In this document: one piece after another, positions 51,401 through 64,000 of the stretch
Position numbering within the stretch: the stretch's first letter is position 1
Layout: the number at the start of each line of letters is the position of its first letter
Notes under the pieces: model-generated
The model's input: the letters and a program-made list of their open reading frames with translations, nothing else
The model's database searches: none
Told to the model about the DNA's origin: nothing
Program-made: the position numbers and the translations under genes
Source of the DNA: Takakia lepidozioides
Lineage: Eukaryota > Plantae > Bryophyta
NCBI GenBank assembly: GCA_030704615.1
Contig: CM060734.1
Span: 40,548,001 to 40,612,000 of the forward strand
Reading direction: 5' to 3'
Length of the DNA stretch: 64,000 nucleotides

Positions 51401-54400
51401 TCGCTGGCGCAGAGATGAGTGAGACTTCCGCTTGCCAGCTTGTAGCTCCGCTCGTTGACCTTGTTCGGCCCTAATCTGATTTCCAATTCTCTAAGGATTT
51501 GAGAGAATTATGCAGGAGATTGATTGAGAAAGGCGGAGCTGGTATTCTCCTGAAGAAAGTGTGCAGATTTCAGTCAGCTATTGTATACATTCTTGAATTA
51601 AGTTTTAAAGAAAGAGTCTCCTCAAACTACTTGGGGATTCAGTGCAAGTTCCCCTTGCTTGGATAAGTCAATGTCCTTGGGGATAGAAGATGCAACATTG
51701 AGGAAAGTAAACAGAAGCCAGGAGTTGCCGTGTCATGGACATAGTCTACTTAGATGGTCTAGACTAGCTCTTGATGTAATCCACTTGCACAGCACCATCA
51801 ATAGCCTAGCATTGATAAAAGAGAACCTTGTGCAATTTACCTGTAGTGAGGCTTGAGTTCTAAATGCACATACAGGTTTTCAATCCCGAGTCATGTGCAT
51901 GTGCTACAGTCCTGACAGATCAGGTGTCAAGAACAGCTTCAGCTACTTGACGTATCTCTAAACGAGGCCTTGCAATCTTATCAGCCCAATGCATGATTGA
52001 CTCGCCTGCAGAGTTCACTGCACTAAAATTATCTAGAGCATCCATAAAGATTGCAATTCCTAAGTCCAGGCTCACTTCGAACTTCACACCTGAAGAGCTG
52101 TGGCCTGGTAGTCCACAGATGAAAAAGCTGCCGCCAACAGGCAGAGTCACAGAAGTGGGAGGGCTGTTGTAGGTATCTATGGGGTTGGCTGCATTGCAAG
52201 TGGAGTACTCTTGTGAGAGCTCTCACCTGGACCACATTGTGGCACTCTATTACCATTGTTGAAGGCTGCCTACAAACAAAGACCAGCCGTTGTGGTTCGA
52301 TCTTATGATTCACTCAATCTTTGATTAACATGCTTATTGAGAGTGTCTCCACTACCATTTGTACTAGCATTTGTTTATGAAAGGTCTCTGGAACTCCCTT
52401 CAATTCTTCTGCCCTTGCATCTACAGGGCTGGACAATGCCAAGCACCATGAGAGCTTAAGACCTTGGAAGCTAACCCTGAGTAAAACTAAAACTATGTAG
52501 GTTTCAATGTGATCCAGCATCATTTGTTGATGATCTAAAACAGAACGACTTAGTAAATGTCGGAAATGACCATGATGACTAAGGTTGATACGTACCATTG
52601 GAGAGGTAACGTTGCCCCGCTGGATCATGTTAAAAGCCAGTTCACAGCTTCCACGTCGCAACCTGGGCATAGTCTTCTTCGAATTCCCGAGTATCACGCA
52701 GTATGTCCAACTGTTCAAGCTTGTGGACCAGTGCTCAAGTGGTGCTGCTTATACCCTTCGTAGTAATGTTTGAGAGTGTACCCAGTCAGGAATAACGGCA
52801 AATGAATCGTTGTTCAAAGGCTTCACCATATTCATCTATGGTGAGCGGGGAAGTCGCAATTCGAAGCAACCTATGGACATCTATCTACATCTAGTTTCCT
52901 CTAGAAAGCATCTAACATACAACTATCCGCAGGATGATGAGCTAAACCTGCTCTACAACTCCAATGTACCCACCCATGCATGGAAACCTGTTGACATTGA
53001 CTATCTTTTTCCGATCAGCCCTCATGAAGTACTAGCTGGTAGAGAGTAGCGACATCAGAACAAGCACATTGTGGCGATCTCGATGCAGCAGCGACACCCG
53101 CAAGTGGGGAATTGCAGATTGTGGTGTTGTCCTCGGTTCGATCACAGGCTTCGTTCGCACATCTCACCATATTCATTCTTTGCCCCCCATGGGGATAGTC
53201 TGAGTTCTTACTGGTCACATGCCCGGACATCATTTTCATTACAGTTTGACTCTTGAGGTACTTACGAGTTGCATTTATTCAAGCCCTCCCTTCGTTACTT
53301 CTTTGATTTCGAGATCGTTGATTAGTTGGTATGACAAGCCGGCCAATACCAACTTTTGATGTAATATCTATAAGGAGGAGCTGACATTTACTAGTGCTGA
53401 TAACGGTGCCTCTCCTTGAAGGATTATATAATATCTTCCTCACTGGGTGCAGTACTGTCTAGTTATTGATAATCTCTTTCAGGTCCCACCACTGTAACCA
53501 TTCACCCTGGCAGACGCAATCACATTTGAGGTGTCTCTTTGGAACTCTACAGAAGCAGATCAGTGGGTTTTGTCTCTAGCTACACTAGACATTCCTGTTA
53601 TGAATGAAGATCTTGCCGCGAAGTCATTCTAATTTCTCATCTTGTTTGTGTGAGATTTTCGTGAGAGCATTGAAATTATAGGGTTGAGATATGTATCGGG
53701 ATTGTCGGGATAAGTGTCGGGAATAATTGTCGGGATTCCCGAAACCCTAAAAAAATGATGCTATGGAATCTGCAACAGTCAATGGCATAAGAGAATTCGC
53801 TAACTTCCTGGAAAGACCTCAACGGCATATCAAATTGTCCTCCACTTCCAGGGCTCACAAACAAGAATGCAACCAGAAGAAAGAAAGAAGGAAACATTGA
53901 TGCCGGACAGATCGCTCATCTGGACCCCAAGAACAAGTCTGGGGACTTAGCAAAACAAGATGAGACAACAAGTATGTAGTCCCCAGGCCATGGAGGAAGA
54001 TATTAAGAAGTGCGTAGATAAATGTTCCTACACCGTACTTGAACCGGATTTTCGAAGCACAGCCTCTATGTAACCTTCTTGACAGCCTCACTCGTGGGAG
54101 TATGCTTTGAGCTTCCCTTCTTAAAAGCTTACAGTAGCCTTCTCCGAATACCTTGAGGCTGTATGTCAAAATTGTAACTTATCATTTGCAAACTGCTGGG
54201 GTGACCGCATACCCTTGCCGCAATATGTTTGACTTCAGGGTTGGCTGACGCCTCTATTACAGGCACAATGCATTGGAGTAGGAGTGTCATATAGGCCCTC
54301 GCATGCCATTAGCGCAAGAGCATTGACAACCTTTCCGCTGATCAGTGACGTGGGACTCCTAGTTTCAAATTCTCATGCACGAAGAAATTCAAGGAAAAGG

Positions 54401-54994
54401 AGAGGGAGGGAGAGGCCCTGACCACCAAGAGCGGTTGGGCTTGCCTAAGTTGGGTTCACTTTCTCTCCTTCTCTAAGCTTAAAGCATTGCCCTCTAGAAG
54501 TGGTGAAGGAAGACAAGCTCTGTTTATCCCCTGCAAGGACCCCAAAAGTCCATGGATTTTCTTTGCCTTTGCGGGTGGCCAATCAATGAACCAAATACTG
54601 CCACCTCAGTCCACCTTCCTTCCCTGTTCATTGTCATCAGGGCTAGTGGCCGGGAGAGAGATCTTGCTACCATGAAATCCATTGTATGTCATTATTATAA
54701 CGTACTTCCTGATATCCACTTATGACTCTCAACACCTACTTTTAGAAAGCCATACTCCCATCGCCAGATCCCAATGAATAAAATGGTGGAATGAAAAGAA
54801 TTGATGGAATAACAAAGGCAACCTCAAACTCATACTTGAGGTCTCTTCTCACAACACAAGTTTGCACACCACATTGGGTAGAGTGATAAGGAGAGGCAGC
54901 ATTAAGTGCGAGTCCGCAGCGCACGGGAGCAAAAAAGACTGGAAGATGGGGTCATAGCAGTGCGGACAATCACTCTTGGTGGAGTTGGGACGTT

Positions 54995-56986
54995 TCCATG
55001 GATATGGAATACCAAATGCACGACAATTCTACTATCATCTACAACCCTCGACAAATCATCTAGGACCCCGACGTAGATGATTTGTGGAGGGTTGATTTTG
55101 TGGGCATCCATAGGGGTACCAAATGCCCATGTCTTCGTCCCACTTGTTCAGCAAATATTCTCTAATAGATTCTTATATCCTTTAAAATATAGTTAGCTGC
55201 TTTCACCTTTGATTTGTTGGGCATTTGGTACATGAAGGAATCCCGTATGACCACGTCCCGCGACAAATCAATCTACTTGTTCACACCACTTGTTGACAAC
55301 ATGGGCGTCAACAATGTAGGTGACGCCATTAAGGTTAGTGGCGCCACTAAGGGAGGCGGCGCCAACAAGGCTAGTGGCATCACTAAGGCAGGTGGCGCCA
55401 ACAAGGTTAGTGCCGCCAAAAAGCTTAATGGTGCCAACAACGTTGGTGGCACCAAGTTGTTGGCACAACTTGGTTCAAATTGGCACAACCTAATTTTTGA
55501 TTAATAAGTATACATACGTAGAGATATGCATCAATGTTGGGTGGTTATTTAAATTTCTGCGGTTAGCTATCCGGTTAGATATATATATATATATATGTAT
55601 GACCGGCGGAGGTGAAAAAATGAAGTAACCGGTAGGAACCGGCAGAGGTCAGACATTCAAATATCCGAGCAAAGAACCTTTTAAAGAACCGCCCAATACC
55701 CGCGGTTATTTGAAGTAACCGTAATCGCAGGTTATATCTAGCCATAAAAAATCTAGTAACTGCAACTGTAGATTAATAGTTTCCCAAAATTTTGAAGCAA
55801 CCGGAACCGGCGGTTATGAAGAGAATCAAATAACCGCCCAACACTGGTATGCATGTCATTTGGATAATTCAAATATGATGAGACATTCTCTTTAAGAATG
55901 TTGAATTATAATGTTATAATTTGATCTAATATCATGTGTGGACGTATAGTCTAGTTTATTCATATTACTTAGAATTTTTCCTTTATCACATATGCAATTA
56001 AATATTCTGAATTAAAAAATCACAAAGATGTCAGAGATCGAATTAAAAATCTAGCTTATTAAATATAGATAAAATATCACAAATTCAGTTTTTACTCTTA
56101 CATGTGCTTTCAATTATTATATTGGTCATTTATGTGTACAGATTCTCATAAGTGGAATATTTTCATTGTCCTGAATAAGTTATATTTAATTTAAAAATCA
56201 CATGGATGTGAGAGACCGGATTTAAGAAAATTAATAATTTTATTTTAAAGTGCAGATAAGATTTCGTGATTTAATAATAATATTCATTCTTACATGCACT
56301 TGCTATTATTATATAGATCATTTATGTGTATCCCACGAATTCAGGAAGATTATGAGTGACCTATGCATAGGATGGGCCATTTATAGATGATGTAAAGGTA
56401 TATAATGCTGTACTTAAATAAATAATTTCAAACTAACTTATTTCAAAGGATATGTCACTTATAAAATCTTTATAATAAAGTTCCCCAAGGCTACAATCCC
56501 CCTGTTTATTTTCTTAAAAAATGGTTTGAAATATTATATTCGTCAAACTTGGGATGTTTTGTCGCCAATGGGCTCGCGCATGCACATTGAAGATGCTATT
56601 ATCTTAATGGCGCCACCTGCCTTAGTGGCGCCACTTGTGTTGTTGACACCCATGTTGTCAACAAGTGGTGTGAACAAGTAGGTTGATTTGTTGAGGGACG
56701 TGGTCATAGGGCATTCCTTTCGTGTACCAAATGCCCCACAAATCAACGGTGAAAGCATCTAAGCATAATTTTAAAGGATCTAAGAATCTATTAGAGAATA
56801 TTTGTTGAACAAGTGGGATGAAGACATGGGCATTTGGTACCCTATGCATTCCGTTTGCCCACAAAATCAACCCTCGGCAAATCATCTACAACCACTAGTG
56901 GTTGATTTGTCGGGGGTCCTAGATGATTTGTCGAGGGTTGTAGATGATAGTAGAATTGTCGGGTATTTGGTATTCCATACATGGAC
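54995..56986. mobile_element. ~2 kb non-autonomous DNA transposon with long TIRs (Mutator/foldback-like)
   Basis: About 54995-55360 is the inverted complement of about 56600-56986; subterminal 18-bp GGCGCCAACAAGGTTAGT-like repeats; AT-rich core; exact ends and TSD unclear. Confidence 0.75.
55532..55846. mobile_element. hAT-type MITE nested in the long-TIR element
   Basis: TIRs CAATGTTGGGTGGTTATTT / AAATAACCGCCCAACACTG; 8-bp TSD ATATGCAT / GTATGCAT. Confidence 0.85.
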
Positions 56987-58030
56987 ACCAAGAGCCCACA
57001 TTACTCTCTGGCACTTGCACTTCTACCCGGTGGATCACCAGGTGGGGGCTCTGACGGAGGACTAATGGCCAACTTCCATGTCCGGGCTGTCCATCGGCCA
57101 AGATGACTAAAATGACACCGTGCTTCCCATGTGTTAATTTTCCCCGGCGCCCAGATACCTAGGAATTTGGGGCCATATAGAGTTCCATTGCTTGCCCGGA
57201 CCCCCCACCCTCTTTGCTTGTGGGACTCACCCTTTGGCAACCGGCTCAATTGGACCAGGCCTTGGACGGCGAGGTAGACCTACTGCCCGATTGCTTTCGA
57301 CCCCTATGCACATAAATCTCTCTCTCTCATCCCCACCCCATCACAATATCAGAGTTTGTTGTCCGTACAAACTATCTGTGGCGCCGGTCGTGTCTCTTCG
57401 TCCTCTCTGACTACAGCCAATTTTTTCCTGATAAGCTTTGTATCGCCGACTCTAATATACGTTAGGGCCAATTTCCATGTCCCGGTCCTCCCGGCCAAGT
57501 ATCCAAAGTTGGCCGACGTCGGTGGACTGTAGATAGAACTTCAAGACTCTGACATTGTGAGGGTGGGAAGAGAGGGAGAGATTTAGAGCTGGCACTCAGC
57601 GATGGGGGAAGTTGCGCGGCAGTTGTGGACTTGGGTGGTGGGGCTCATCGCTGCGCTGCTAGTGGCAGGCGTTGTGCAGGCTGCAAGAAGGCCCAAACGA
57701 ACTCCTAAGGGAAATTGGTTGCACTTCATGCCCTTAATTGGGGAAACCCTCGAGTTCTTCTATTCACCTACCAACTTTGTACTCTGTCACCATCCTAGGT
57801 GTTTCCCTCCTTCACTCAATACTGGTTTATGCTACATGTGCTGTGCGACATCATATATATATTTCTCATAAATCTTGCCGTGTTTGAGGCGGGATAATGC
57901 TTGGGTTATGACGTCTTTCAATATATAAGGGGCTCAGGTTTGAAGGGGGTGTGAGGATTAGAGAGTGGTCTAGGAATTAAAAAGCGGGTGATATAGTAAG
58001 CTACACCACGACTTGAATTAGTAACCGGCA

Positions 58031-58340
58031 TGTAAGGGGGGGTAAGAAAAAACAAGGCACGAAGCCGACAGCTATTAAATGGGGGAGGGTTTAAGGTGCA
58101 AATTGGATAAGAAGGTTTGGCATGTCGGTTTCACGTGTCATGGCGACCTTCTAGAAGGTCCCACCGCGTGAGGATTCGACATGCTTCTAGAAAGGTCTCA
58201 GTCCCCAGAGGGTATATAAACGAGAGCCCCGCCTAGTACTTACTAAGTTACCACTTACTAGTTAATGAGTGGTGGGCTCTGCAAATGCAGGGCCCAAAAA
58301 ACACATAAACCCGAACCATAGGTATATTAATTAATAGACA
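58031..58340 (+). mobile_element. Solo-LTR-like dispersed repeat (copy 2) in P450 intron 1
   Basis: TG...CA termini, TATATAAA; homologous to 12369-12686. Confidence 0.6.
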
Positions 58341-58389
58341 GCACATGTAAGCCCGGGAGTTGTATAAGATTTTGTCCAACGTTTAAGGA

Positions 58390-59611
58390 GTGCGCAAGAC
58401 CAAGATCATGGTCTTCAATGGCCAGGCTGATCGTAGATTCATCTTCAACCAGCAGGAAATTGAGATTGTGAAATCATACCGGTACCTAGGTCTGGTTATC
58501 CACTCCCCCAAGTTTCACTTTGCAGCCACTGCCTTGGACAGATTGACTAAAGGTAAGGCGGCCTCAGTCTGCCTTCAGGCCAAATGCAAGCAAATACATC
58601 TGCGGCATCCCCCGACCAAAAAGTGGCTGTTTGACACCGTCATCAGCCCTGCTACCATCTATGGTTGTGAGTTCTGGGCACCTGGTGTCCCTGTCTCCTG
58701 GTGGGAAAAGAATTTGGAACCATTACAGTCATCTTTTCTCCAAGCAATGCTTGGCGCCAGGAGCACAACTCCATCTCAGATCCTAGGTGCAGAGTTCGCA
58801 TGTGTACCATTGCAATCCGAGGCCCTCTTCATGCTTACAATCTTTCTCCATAGATTGCAGGCCCTTCCACCCAAAGGGCTAGTGGCAAGGGCCCTCACAA
58901 CATCTATGAGGCTCAAAGCTGCAGGTTTCAGGAACTCCTGGTATGCTCGAGTGGACAGTTTATTTCAACGTAACGGACTTTCTACTGCTTTCCTATTACC
59001 AATGAACCCAGATGAGGTGGGCATCACATCCGACATGACCGCAACAGACTCATTCGGAGAGAGCTTATGGAATTACATGTCAAGAGAACTTGGATGCTAC
59101 CCAATCTCACGACAAAGCTCAACTTCTATCGAGAGACATTCTTGGTGCTCCGCGATGATAGAATCTTGAGACCAAATTACCTTTCAGCACCCTTATCTCC
59201 TTCCCTCTTGAGGGCATTGGGGCGGTTTAGGGTGGGTTCCCACAACCTACGGTTAGAGACTGGTAGATGGGAAAACCTGCAACGGGAGGACCGCCTATGT
59301 CCAGCTTGCATAGGGCGCAGCAAGGAAATTGAAACTGAAGAACACTTCTTCTTCTACTGCCCTCTATACTACGAGATCCGTGGGAGATTCCACTGTTTAT
59401 TCAGTGGAACCCAAACTCTCACTGATGTCTTTCACTATGAGGATCAAAAATGCTTGGCTGCCTACCTACACGAGGCCTTCACCCTTAGACAATCGCTAGA
59501 ACATTAATTGTGGTTTCTGGCTTTGTTCCTCTCTCATGTTTTCTTCCATTTTGTCCCATAAGCTCTATGAGCTTTCCGCGGACGTTATAAAGCACCATTT
59601 TATTTCATTTC
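58390..59611 (+). mobile_element. LINE family A (RTEX-like), longest copy, in P450 intron 1
   Basis: KTKIMVF...YRYLG (RT thumb region), GCEFW, LRLETGRW, CCHC motif, one frameshift, 3' hairpin and CATTT tail. Confidence 0.95.
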
Positions 59612-62600
59612 TCTCTCTAAGTTTTAGAGATTATTTCTTTCCTTGAGTCCCTGGAGCCCCCCTTCTTGACAGACTACACAGGATAGCCTCGGTACCTCAG
59701 GACATGATATGGGCCACTTTATCCTGGTACCAGGGCGACTCGATTGCCACCGTTGCTCCCACTATGATGCCATGCGCACATTCTCAGCGACGATAGAATT
59801 TCGTGTGCAGCCCAAATACTTATCTAGGAAGGGCTCCTCAGTCTACGGTAGGTGGGACAACCTGCACCTTATATAGCCAAGCTTGCCCAGAGATGACAGG
59901 AGGGAGATTGAAACTATCATGTCTTCAAGATTTCACCATCCTTTCTACTATGAGTTGATTCCGTTGCGTTCCACTACGAGGATCAGATATGCTTCGCAGC
60001 ATGTCTGCATGAGGTGTTACATGACGAACACAATCCCTTCGTAAATAGTTTTTGGTATTGGGCTGCTTGTTGTGGGCCCCACTCTCTTTGTTGTTTTATG
60101 CATGGTTTCTTTCGTAGATGTTTCTCACTGCATGTTCTACTTCGTTCAGTCCGTTTTCTCTGTCTGTCGTCTGATGGCCTTTGATGGTTAATGTAGGTAC
60201 GGGGACTGCTTCTCGACCAACATTTATGGTAAAAGTACAGTCTGTGTAAGCTCAGCAGATGGAATTAAACGGGTGCTAACGTCGGGGGATGTCTTTCCTC
60301 AAACTCGGCTACGAGCTTTGGCGTAGGCCACAGATGAAGGTCTCTTCAACACTCATCTTCATTCCAAGCGTTGTTGGTAGTACACTGGTACCATTCCTTC
60401 GGGACTGCGTTCCATTCATTGACGGTCTGGCGCGGTCGATGTTGTGCTCATGGGCAGAAAGGAAGTGTGTCAATACCCACAAAGAAGTTGAGAAGGTACC
60501 TACACTTCCTAACTTCCTGCGTTTATGGCGGTTAACTCATCTCGAAGGTATCCAGGGCCGAACCATTTGTACGTCGGAAACATGCATAGCGGGAAACAGT
60601 CCAATTGTGGGTCAGTGAACCGCAGTACATGTACACTCACTCTCTCTGTCTCTCCCTCTCTCTTCAAAGTGAAAGAATGTCCTGTAGTACGTGTCCCATG
60701 ATTAAATCATTCTGAACAGTCAGAATGAATAAGCATAAGTCTCCATTCTAGATTCGTACAATAGATCTGGACCTGGATTCTTCAAAGATAAGATGGACAG
60801 CATTCTATCAGGAAAGAAACAACAATCATCTGATTAGAATTGCATTTGAGGCTCATTTTTGACGTGGATATTGGTGCAGATTCGAAACAGTCAAATGGTC
60901 TTCACAGACGAGACTAGTTCTAAAATTTGATTTTAGGGTGCAGTTTACCTTCTCTGTCGATCTTCTCTTCGTGTGCAAACACCTGGAAGTGGACTCTGCA
61001 GAAGCCAAGGAGATGGGAAGACTAGCCACCGAGAATGGGAAGGGGTTCACTGCTTTTCCCTGGAACGTTCCATTCTCCAGGCTTCGCAAGGCACTGGTGG
61101 CAAGTATATGTCCGAAATGCAGTTATAATATTCTCCTGAAACAGCGCCTGTTTCAAGATTGATATCATCTGGACTGTCTTTATTTCAAGTTAGTCAGAAA
61201 TTGGTATGAGTACATTTATTTCAAGCTAGACTTTTAAGTTATTCTCGGGGTGTCCTCTGAGGTTAACTTTCATTACTTGTACCAGGCCAAAGAGAAGATT
61301 TTTGAAAAATTGGAAAGCTACATGGTGCAGAGAAGACAAGAAGGAAAAAATTACGATGATCTTCTCAGAGCTTTAATGGAGTATAAACTTGAGAATGGCT
61401 CAAACTTCACACCCCGGCAGATGTGCCTCGTCATTATTACTGTGTTCTTTGCTGGGTTTGAGACCACTTCCGCTCTGATTCCATGGATTATGAAGTTTCT
61501 TGATGAGAATCCTGCCATTTTCGAAGCTGTGAGGGTAAGTGATCTGTAACCAGCTGAAATGCCCAAGTTATGCATGTTCTACTGGAGACAACATATTGGA
61601 AACCTACGTGCCAAAATAGAACCAATCTTTTCTTATGTATCTCAAGTTCTTTGATCTCAGTGCACATGAAATAGTCAGGGCCTTTGCTGTCCAATTCCCT
61701 GAGAAGTTTACCATGGGTTCTGCGTATGAGAAGAGAAACTCGGTTGATGCTATGGCAACGGCCTGTCGTGGATCTCGTGTTTGCTCCCTCTTTTGCCTCT
61801 CTTTCAAGCCAAACTTCATCAAACCCTGTGTCATTTGAACTCCAGGATGCTATGGCACTTCTCACCTCAGTCAGTTGCTATCTGCTTGCTTGAAATCACT
61901 ATGTAATCACTATTTAACTAAAGCTTGTAAGACACTTGGAATGACAGATGCGTAAATTAGTATACTCTTCGATCCATTCATCGCTCATATGTGGAACTTT
62001 CTCCAACCCATAAAATCTGAGCAGGCAGAGCAGATGAGCCTGAGGAAAGCAGAGGATTATGTGTTGACGCCGTCGGACATAAAGAACAACATGCCGCTTA
62101 CTAACCGTGTACGTATTGCCACTCGGTCCTGCACTTCTCCTGTCATTGAGAATTATGTAGTCACGTGGGCTTGACGCTTAGGGCCCCATTGGCAGGGAGC
62201 TAACGGCTGAGTCAGCCCAGTGCTCAAGCCAACATGTCATGTGCAATATGCGACCGGTTCCTGCACATTAGCTTTGGAGCTTGGACCTCAAGAGGGTGAA
62301 ACAGGAGGAGTCAAGCAAGGTCCATGTCAATGTGTTCAATTCGTCTCAAAGAGAGTAACATCTGAAGAATGTGAAATTTCATCTGAATGATCTAGAAAGA
62401 GTACTAACATCTTCAACACTTTCTGCCTTTGTTTGCTAAACTAAAGAGTGTCATGAATGCAGTTCTTTCTGGAGGGTCTTAGGTGTGCATCAATGGTTCC
62501 ATTTATCCCTCGAACGGCGGCCCAAGATGTGGAGTTGAATGGTAGTCCCTGTTCACTTGGTCTGGAATTCAATTTCAGTACATGGAACTTGGCTGCATGT

Positions 62601-64000
62601 AGTTCTGATATCATGACACCAGACCTTACATTTGCATGTTTTGCCCCTTCTAGGTAAGTGCAATGTACTGCTGAGCAGACCAGGGTACCTAGTTTGTATG
62701 CTGTGAAATGCCCTGCAGAGGGATACACAACTTGTGCGTGGCAACTTCATGATGTCTGAAACATGAAAGGCGCTGGTGTTTGCAGGGTGTTTCATTCCAA
62801 AGGGATGGCAAGTCTGGGCGTCAGTGGCCCCTCTTCATCGGAATCCAGAATACTTTCCAGAACCTTGGAAGTTTGATCCGTCCCGATTTTGAGGTATTGC
62901 AGACCATGCACTCTTTCGTGAACCTTCTTGGAGGTCAGTCATGTTCCATAAGTCATTTGTGGCTCTTTAACGGATTAAGGTCTGGGATGTACTGGCAGGT
63001 GCCCCCAAAACCCAACACATTTTTTCCATTTGGCCATGGAGCACACAAATGCCCTGGTGGAGAGCTTTCTAAGATAGAGGTCTTGGTTTTCTTCCATTAC
63101 CTGGTTACTGAATACAGGTACGTCCAACACATGGCATGTACCTTTCAGAGAGATTCCGCTCGCTGAAACTGCGTATCTTGGATGTGGAGAGAGTCAGACT
63201 TAGCTGTGTGGTCAGGACAACATTGAGGTCAAAATTGTGGAGAAAAATGAGTGTGAAACCACAAAGTGGATGGAGCAGAGAGCCAGCTCGAAGGAGATGC
63301 TGACAAAAGGGTGCAACAATGTACATGAATAGATACATAACACATCTTGACCAGATTGCCGAAGGTGTGGAAGTACATATGACTGCTTCAGTCTGGTGCT
63401 ATGCCCTTATCCCAAAGGACAGAGGGTTTTGCTATATGTACTAACTGAGTGACATGGTATGTAGGTGGGACAGAATTGGACCTAATCCAGGCCACCAGCA
63501 CTGGGCTCTTACTCCTCCCAAAGGTGGTTATCCCATCCAAATCAGCAAGCGAATGTAACTGAGTTTAGATTACATCTACAATAACCTAGAATATATACTA
63601 AGACCAGGATGTTGGTTGCGTGGAATGCGGGAATTTGTAATATCACGCACCCCAGTGGGTGTATGTTTGCTAGATACTCATTCAAGATGTACAGGTAATG
63701 CTTACTCAGCTTCGTTTGTGATGGATCACTGGCCATAGTGACTTATTAAATTTGCACTTGAAATCACTGTTCGTATAATCAGAGATGAGTCCCCTCCAAA
63801 ATTGGGAAGTCTTTTACATCCATACTAAGTTGTTTCTACAGGATACTTGTTTGAGTTGGGTGATATGGTCAGCACTGTTGCACAAGCAAACCATCCAGAC
63901 CTGCAATTTTGGTGGAAGGGCAACCTCTTTCACATGCTTGCTCATTCTTATGCATCGTAGGCAAGAGCAGGACATTTTACTGCCTGTGAGAAGTTGCAGC

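Larger units (their letters stand above)
57602..63558 (+). pseudogene. Cytochrome P450 (CYP85 clan) with disabling lesions; exons about 57602-57798, 60197-60495, 60944-61099, 61286-61533, 62025-62108, 62463-62541, 62786-62893, 62999-63117, 63465-63558
   Basis: PLIGETLEF, AGFETTS, EGLR, FDPSRF, FGHGAHKCPG; in-frame TAG at 60324, frameshift near 60368, extra T creating TGA near 62890. Confidence 0.85.

Noticed and set aside
55214-55504. Gly/Ala-rich ORFs
   Set aside because: Translations of 18-bp TE subterminal repeats
60324-60326. Stop codon rescued by U-to-C editing or readthrough
   Set aside because: Such editing is organellar, and two further frameshifts exist

Overview
Eukaryotic nuclear DNA from an intron-rich land plant, probably non-seed or bryophyte-like (my inference). 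Four genes look intact: a 10-exon SBT2-type subtilase (-), an intronless ZNF706/At2g23090-like zinc-finger gene (-), a 9-exon KTI12/DRL1 gene (+) head-to-head with it, and a GH10 xylanase with four CBM22 modules (-) tail-to-tail with KTI12. Three loci are broken: a kelch/F-box fragment, a deleted RNR large-subunit copy and a CYP85-clan P450 with three lesions. Introns hold many 5'-truncated copies of two RTEX-like LINE families, one (CATTT)n-tailed and one (CT)n-associated, and there are also MITEs and foldbacks. Highlights: an AT-AC U12-type intron in KTI12 that carries a LINE fragment, a 23-nt retrotransposition footprint with a perfect 16-bp TSD, a ~1 kb foldback, a perfect 50-bp hairpin inside a GC-AG intron, and a possible myristoylation N-terminus on the xylanase. 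All gene models were spliced by hand and no searches were run. I did not find a clearly new multi-gene system.
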